A DNA stretch of 45,595 nt from an uncultured virus (IMG/VR IMGVR_UViG_3300028903_000203) (taxonomy: Duplodnaviria > Heunggongvirae > Uroviricota > Caudoviricetes): the IMG/VR virus record IMGVR_UViG_3300028903_000203, one strand, 5' to 3'. The stretch's first letter is position 1, and each line of letters opens with the position of its first letter. The translations under genes and the position numbers were made by a program. Positions 42,261 through 45,595 of this stretch are shown here, piece by piece. The notes under the pieces were generated by a model. That model worked only from the letters and a program-made list of their open reading frames with translations. It was not told the DNA's origin and made no database searches.

Positions 42261-43544
42261 TTAGTGCGGCATCTCTGCTCCGGGAAGATAGATGCGCACG
42301 CGAGTGCCAAAACCTTCTTCGCTGAGCACCAGGATGTCGCCCCCCTGACCGAGGATGTCCCGCCTGGCGATGAATAGGCCCAAGCCCAATCCGCCCCCCG
42401 TGGCGGCGTGCTGGGCTCCGCGAAAGAAACGCTCGCAGACGTGCGGCAGCTCGGTGGCGGGGATACCCGGCCCCGTATCGGTGACTTCGAGACAGATGAA
42501 GGAGCTGCCCTGGAGGACGATGGCCGGGAGGGGCTGTTCCTGGTGGGGGTCGACCGCGCGCCCGCGCAGTTGGATTTCCCCGCCTGGGGGCGTGTACTGC
42601 AAAGCGTTGTCCAGCACGGCGGCTATGGCGCGGTTCAGCCGGGAGAGCGACGCTTGACAACCCAGGCCGGCCGGCACCTGGTTCGTGAGGGTCAGCTTCT
42701 TGCTGCGGATAGTCGTTTCATAGGCATCGATCCACTGGGCGGCGAAGGGCCGCAGCAGAATGATTTGGGTCTGCTCGGGTCCGTGCATCACGAAGTCCAT
42801 TTCTTCGGAGGTGAAGTCGAGTAAGCGCGTGACGAGAGTGACGAAGCGATCCAGCCCTTGCCGCGCGGTAGACAGGATGGCCGCCCGGCCTTCGGCCTCC
42901 CCCACCTGTTCCAGTATTTGCAGCGCCGTTGTTACCGCGGTGAGCGGCGTGCGTAGCTCATGGGACAGCGCCTGGATAAACTCCTGGCGTAAGCGGTCCA
43001 GGGCCGCGAATTGCAGGTCTTGCTGCCCCACTCGTTCCTGAAGCTGCGCATTCTCTATGGCCGTGGCGGCCTGCGTGGAAAAGACGATTAACATTCGCAT
43101 GTCAGACTCGTCGAAAGTGGCCGGGGCGCGTAAGTCATCAAGATAAACAATCCCCTTGACCTGGCCGCGCAGGGATACCAGGGGACAGCAGACTACGGCC
43201 CGGACGCCGGTAACCCGGATACTAGCGGCGTCATGTACCGTTTCGTCGAGCTGCGCATCCGGAATGAGCAGCGGCTGCCCGGATTGGGCTACCTGGCGGA
43301 TGATGGTAAAGCTGACCTGGGTTTCCATCGCGGCCACTTCCCCGCGGGTGTAATTGCGCCCCACCTGGAAATTGAGGCGGTCCCCTTCCTGGAGCAAGAG
43401 AAAGCCCCGCTGGGCACCGCTAAGACGAATCATAGTGTCCATCGTCGTTTCGAGCAGTTTAGGCAGGGTCAGCTCGCCAGCTTGTTGGACGAGCTGTTCG
43501 AGGATGTTCAGCGCGGAGGCGGCAAACGACATCTGATCAGCCAT
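42261..43544 (-). CDS. GAF-domain sensor histidine kinase (GAF-HisKA-HATPase)
   Basis: GAF (RAVVCCPL..GIVYLDD..FSTQAATAIENAQL); H-box LSHELRTPLT; N-box VLDNALQY; DTGPGI; GLGLGL. Confidence 0.93.
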   Translation of the reverse strand: MADQMSFAASALNILEQLVQQAGELTLPKLLETTMDTMIRLSGAQRGFLLLQEGDRLNFQVGRNYTRGEVAAMETQVSFTIIRQVAQSGQPLLIPDAQLDETVHDAASIRVTGVRAVVCCPLVSLRGQVKGIVYLDDLRAPATFDESDMRMLIVFSTQAATAIENAQLQERVGQQDLQFAALDRLRQEFIQALSHELRTPLTAVTTALQILEQVGEAEGRAAILSTARQGLDRFVTLVTRLLDFTSEEMDFVMHGPEQTQIILLRPFAAQWIDAYETTIRSKKLTLTNQVPAGLGCQASLSRLNRAIAAVLDNALQYTPPGGEIQLRGRAVDPHQEQPLPAIVLQGSSFICLEVTDTGPGIPATELPHVCERFFRGAQHAATGGGLGLGLFIARRDILGQGGDILVLSEEGFGTRVRIYLPGAEMPH

Positions 43545-43559
43545 AGTTCGCTCCTTGGG

Positions 43560-44204
43560 CTAGGGCTGCCCTTCCAGTGCAGCCTGTAGCTGCTGCACGG
43601 TCAGCGCGTCGGCCAATGCGGTACGGAGAGCTTGGACATCCTGTGCGCTGACGGGCGATCCTGCGGGGTGCCCTAGTAACATTTGGGTCAGCCGCAGAAT
43701 GAGAACAGGGACCAACGCGGGGGATACCTGGGCCACGCCAATCTGGCGCAGCTTGTTGTCCCAGACGTGCTGGAACAGTGCACGCACCGCCTCTTGGGTG
43801 GTGATAATGATCCGGCCGGCTCGGCGCAGGGCCAAGTGCCCAGTATGTTTATCCAGTGTGGCCTTGGTCACGTTCCAACCCAGTGCGGTACGGCAATACT
43901 GCGCTACTTCATCCAGGCCAACAAGCAGATCAGCCGGCAGCTCCAGGCTTGCATCGCTAAGCACGAGCGGCGCGTCTTGCCGGTACAGCAGACGCCGCTG
44001 GGTAATGGATAGGCCCGCCAAGCGGTTGAATAGCGCTTGGGCGGCTTGCCGGGTCATGAGCCAATGTCCGGCTCGTTGTGTAGCAGGGACAAGCCCACGG
44101 GAACAGACCTGTTGGAGATCGTGCCGCCGATGCAGGGGTAGGCGTTGGGCGGCGGCCAGCGCGGCTACTTCATCGAGCGTGCGAACATCGTCGAGATGGG
44201 CCAT
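43560..44204 (-). CDS. Tandem excisionase-like HTH protein
   Basis: TLDEVAA..GLVPATQRAGHWLMTRQA and GLDEVAQ..RRAGRIIITTQEA. Confidence 0.6.
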   Translation of the reverse strand: MAHLDDVRTLDEVAALAAAQRLPLHRRHDLQQVCSRGLVPATQRAGHWLMTRQAAQALFNRLAGLSITQRRLLYRQDAPLVLSDASLELPADLLVGLDEVAQYCRTALGWNVTKATLDKHTGHLALRRAGRIIITTQEAVRALFQHVWDNKLRQIGVAQVSPALVPVLILRLTQMLLGHPAGSPVSAQDVQALRTALADALTVQQLQAALEGQP

Positions 44205-44241
44205 CACACATACCCCCGTTGAGTTGTGCCTGGTACATGGT

Positions 44242-44339
44242 ATTATACCGCATGTCGGCATGTTAGTCAATGATGCCCTAAAAGTGGCCTTGTGATAGAC
44301 TGTAACTAACTTGACAATGTGCCCCCACTATGGTACAAT
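44242..44339. promoter_or_regulatory. Divergent sigma70 promoter pair
   Basis: Minus-strand TTGACT-N17-TATAAT (44270-44242); plus-strand TTGACA-N17-TACAAT (44311-44339). Confidence 0.75.
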
Positions 44340-44419
44340 TGCTCGTGATGGTGGCAGATTCCATCACAGATGTTTGGCGCACAATAAGAGGGTTCTTCTC
44401 TCCCAGCAAGGGGCCCGGC

Positions 44420-45595
44420 ATGCGGAACCTCCTAAAGGTATCCGGTTTCAGCCGCGAGCTATGCAGTCGTGTACCCGCACAAGCGAAACTGCTCTGGCGC
44501 GGCCAATTTACTCGGTTGCCGGCAACCGAGGAGGAAACGGCTGTGTTACAGACCGTGTGTTTGGAGGAAGCCGACGCCTTTGCGTTGCCCAAGGGTCGGG
44601 TGGTCCCGCGCGGTGGGGTACGCATCCCTCAGAGTGAACTCCTCTCCTTGCGCCGCTTCCGCGGCGTGCAGATTGAAGTGGAGCCCGTAGCGTTCCCCGA
44701 CTATGCCACGGCCCTACTGTCTCAGGCAGATACGCTGGGGCTCCTGAATCGTGCCGCGGTGAGCCTGGCCCGGCGCTATGATGGACCTGACACGCCGGGC
44801 CGGGACCCCTCCCGCGCCGCGGCCGGGGATATTTTCGATGCCGCGCTCGCTGTCGAGGAACGCCATCCCGGAATTATCTTCGAGCGGCAGTCTCGACCGC
44901 CGCATGAGCTACAAGAGTGGTTCTGGTTCTTGGGGACGAATGTGCGCCGCCGTGATCTCCGCCGCTATCGCCGGCAGGAAGAGCCCGGCGGCGTGGTGAT
45001 ATTGCCCTTGACCGAAGGAACGCGCCCCAGTATGCGGGGCGGGGACCTGCTCTGTACGTGCAGCGCGGAGGACGTTGTGCTGCAAGCAGAGGAGGGCTGG
45101 GACCTGGCTCAGACGCTGCGAGTGTTACCAGCCGCTACCCAGGAGGTTCTGGACGTGGTGGCCTGGGAAGGGTTAGGGGCGGCGCTCAAGCGTTACCCCC
45201 GCCAGCAGGTGGCGGGGGCGCTCCAGGATGCGCGGGCGTTGCTGCAAGCCCGCGAGCTGTTGGCCCGTGGACTGGGACAACTTGCTCCAGGCACGCAGCA
45301 CTATATCTCCGTTGTAGCACAGTATGGGCTAAGCCAGGCCGCTGCTACCCTGGGAGTGGATCGTTTTAGCCCCTTAGTAGCACTCCGCGATGGGCTGTGG
45401 ATGATGCGCGCCCGGGAGCTGCAAGAGCTCCAGGCGGTGCGTTGCATTACCCTGCCCGCCGAGATACAGCACATGGTGGACCAGGTGGCCGCGCAGGGGC
45501 GCATCCAAACCGCCCGCGCGCAGGGGCTGCGGCCCCAGAATGTCAGTGAGGTGCTAGACGAAGCCACCGCCTTGTTGAGGCGGTGGACTTCGTAG
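44420..45595 (+). CDS. Hypothetical protein with repeated C-terminal HTH-like units
   Basis: VVAWEGLGAAL, VVAQYGLSQAAATLGV, QVAAQGRIQTARAQGLRPQNVSE; start position uncertain. Confidence 0.6.
   Translation: MRNLLKVSGFSRELCSRVPAQAKLLWRGQFTRLPATEEETAVLQTVCLEEADAFALPKGRVVPRGGVRIPQSELLSLRRFRGVQIEVEPVAFPDYATALLSQADTLGLLNRAAVSLARRYDGPDTPGRDPSRAAAGDIFDAALAVEERHPGIIFERQSRPPHELQEWFWFLGTNVRRRDLRRYRRQEEPGGVVILPLTEGTRPSMRGGDLLCTCSAEDVVLQAEEGWDLAQTLRVLPAATQEVLDVVAWEGLGAALKRYPRQQVAGALQDARALLQARELLARGLGQLAPGTQHYISVVAQYGLSQAAATLGVDRFSPLVALRDGLWMMRARELQELQAVRCITLPAEIQHMVDQVAAQGRIQTARAQGLRPQNVSEVLDEATALLRRWTS

Noticed and set aside
665..45595. TAG stop-codon recoding, since many genes end in TAG
   Set aside because: Downstream genes have their own RBS and MSC starts and, in most junctions checked, lie in a different frame. 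The in-frame case (29838 to 29857) is expected by chance.

Overview
GC-rich accessory region that looks like part of a large mobile element (plasmid, ICE or phage). No integrase, capsid, T4SS, rRNA, tRNA or CRISPR array is visible. The SSB style suggests a Chloroflexota-like host, but this is inference. The dominant feature is a 15-member paralogous gene family: 14 intact copies, 1 with a 1-nt frameshift, and probably a 16th cut by the window edge. They sit in two tandem arrays (665-14734 and 28120-34923) plus one solo copy on the minus strand (16188-17816). Each begins with the same ~55-aa leader, MSC-x10/11-L-x4-[RK][IV]A-x2-QV[DNS]G-x3-C-x4-C-x9/10-C-x2-GH (a putative CCCH Zn-finger tag), fused to unrelated C-terminal payloads. 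Payloads include a zeta-toxin-like P-loop kinase with a coupled immunity-like gene, a GNAT, a NACHT/STAND fragment, HicB-like and possibly ART-like segments, TPR-like helices and SH3-like tails. This is a candidate undescribed polymorphic effector or cargo-tagging system. Between the arrays lies an early-type operon (SWIM finger, Cas4-like nuclease, SSB, PAPS-reductase-like protein, beta-clamp-like protein, truncated N6-MTase, RHH-like regulator). To the right are two tandem ParB-MTase fusions sharing an apparently identical 491-bp segment, an orphan GAF histidine kinase and HTH regulators. Non-coding signals include a 32-bp palindrome present 4 times just after stop codons, a dif-like site with several XerD-arm-like half sites, and several near-consensus sigma70 promoters. 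All domain calls come from motif recognition by eye and need HMM or structure confirmation.
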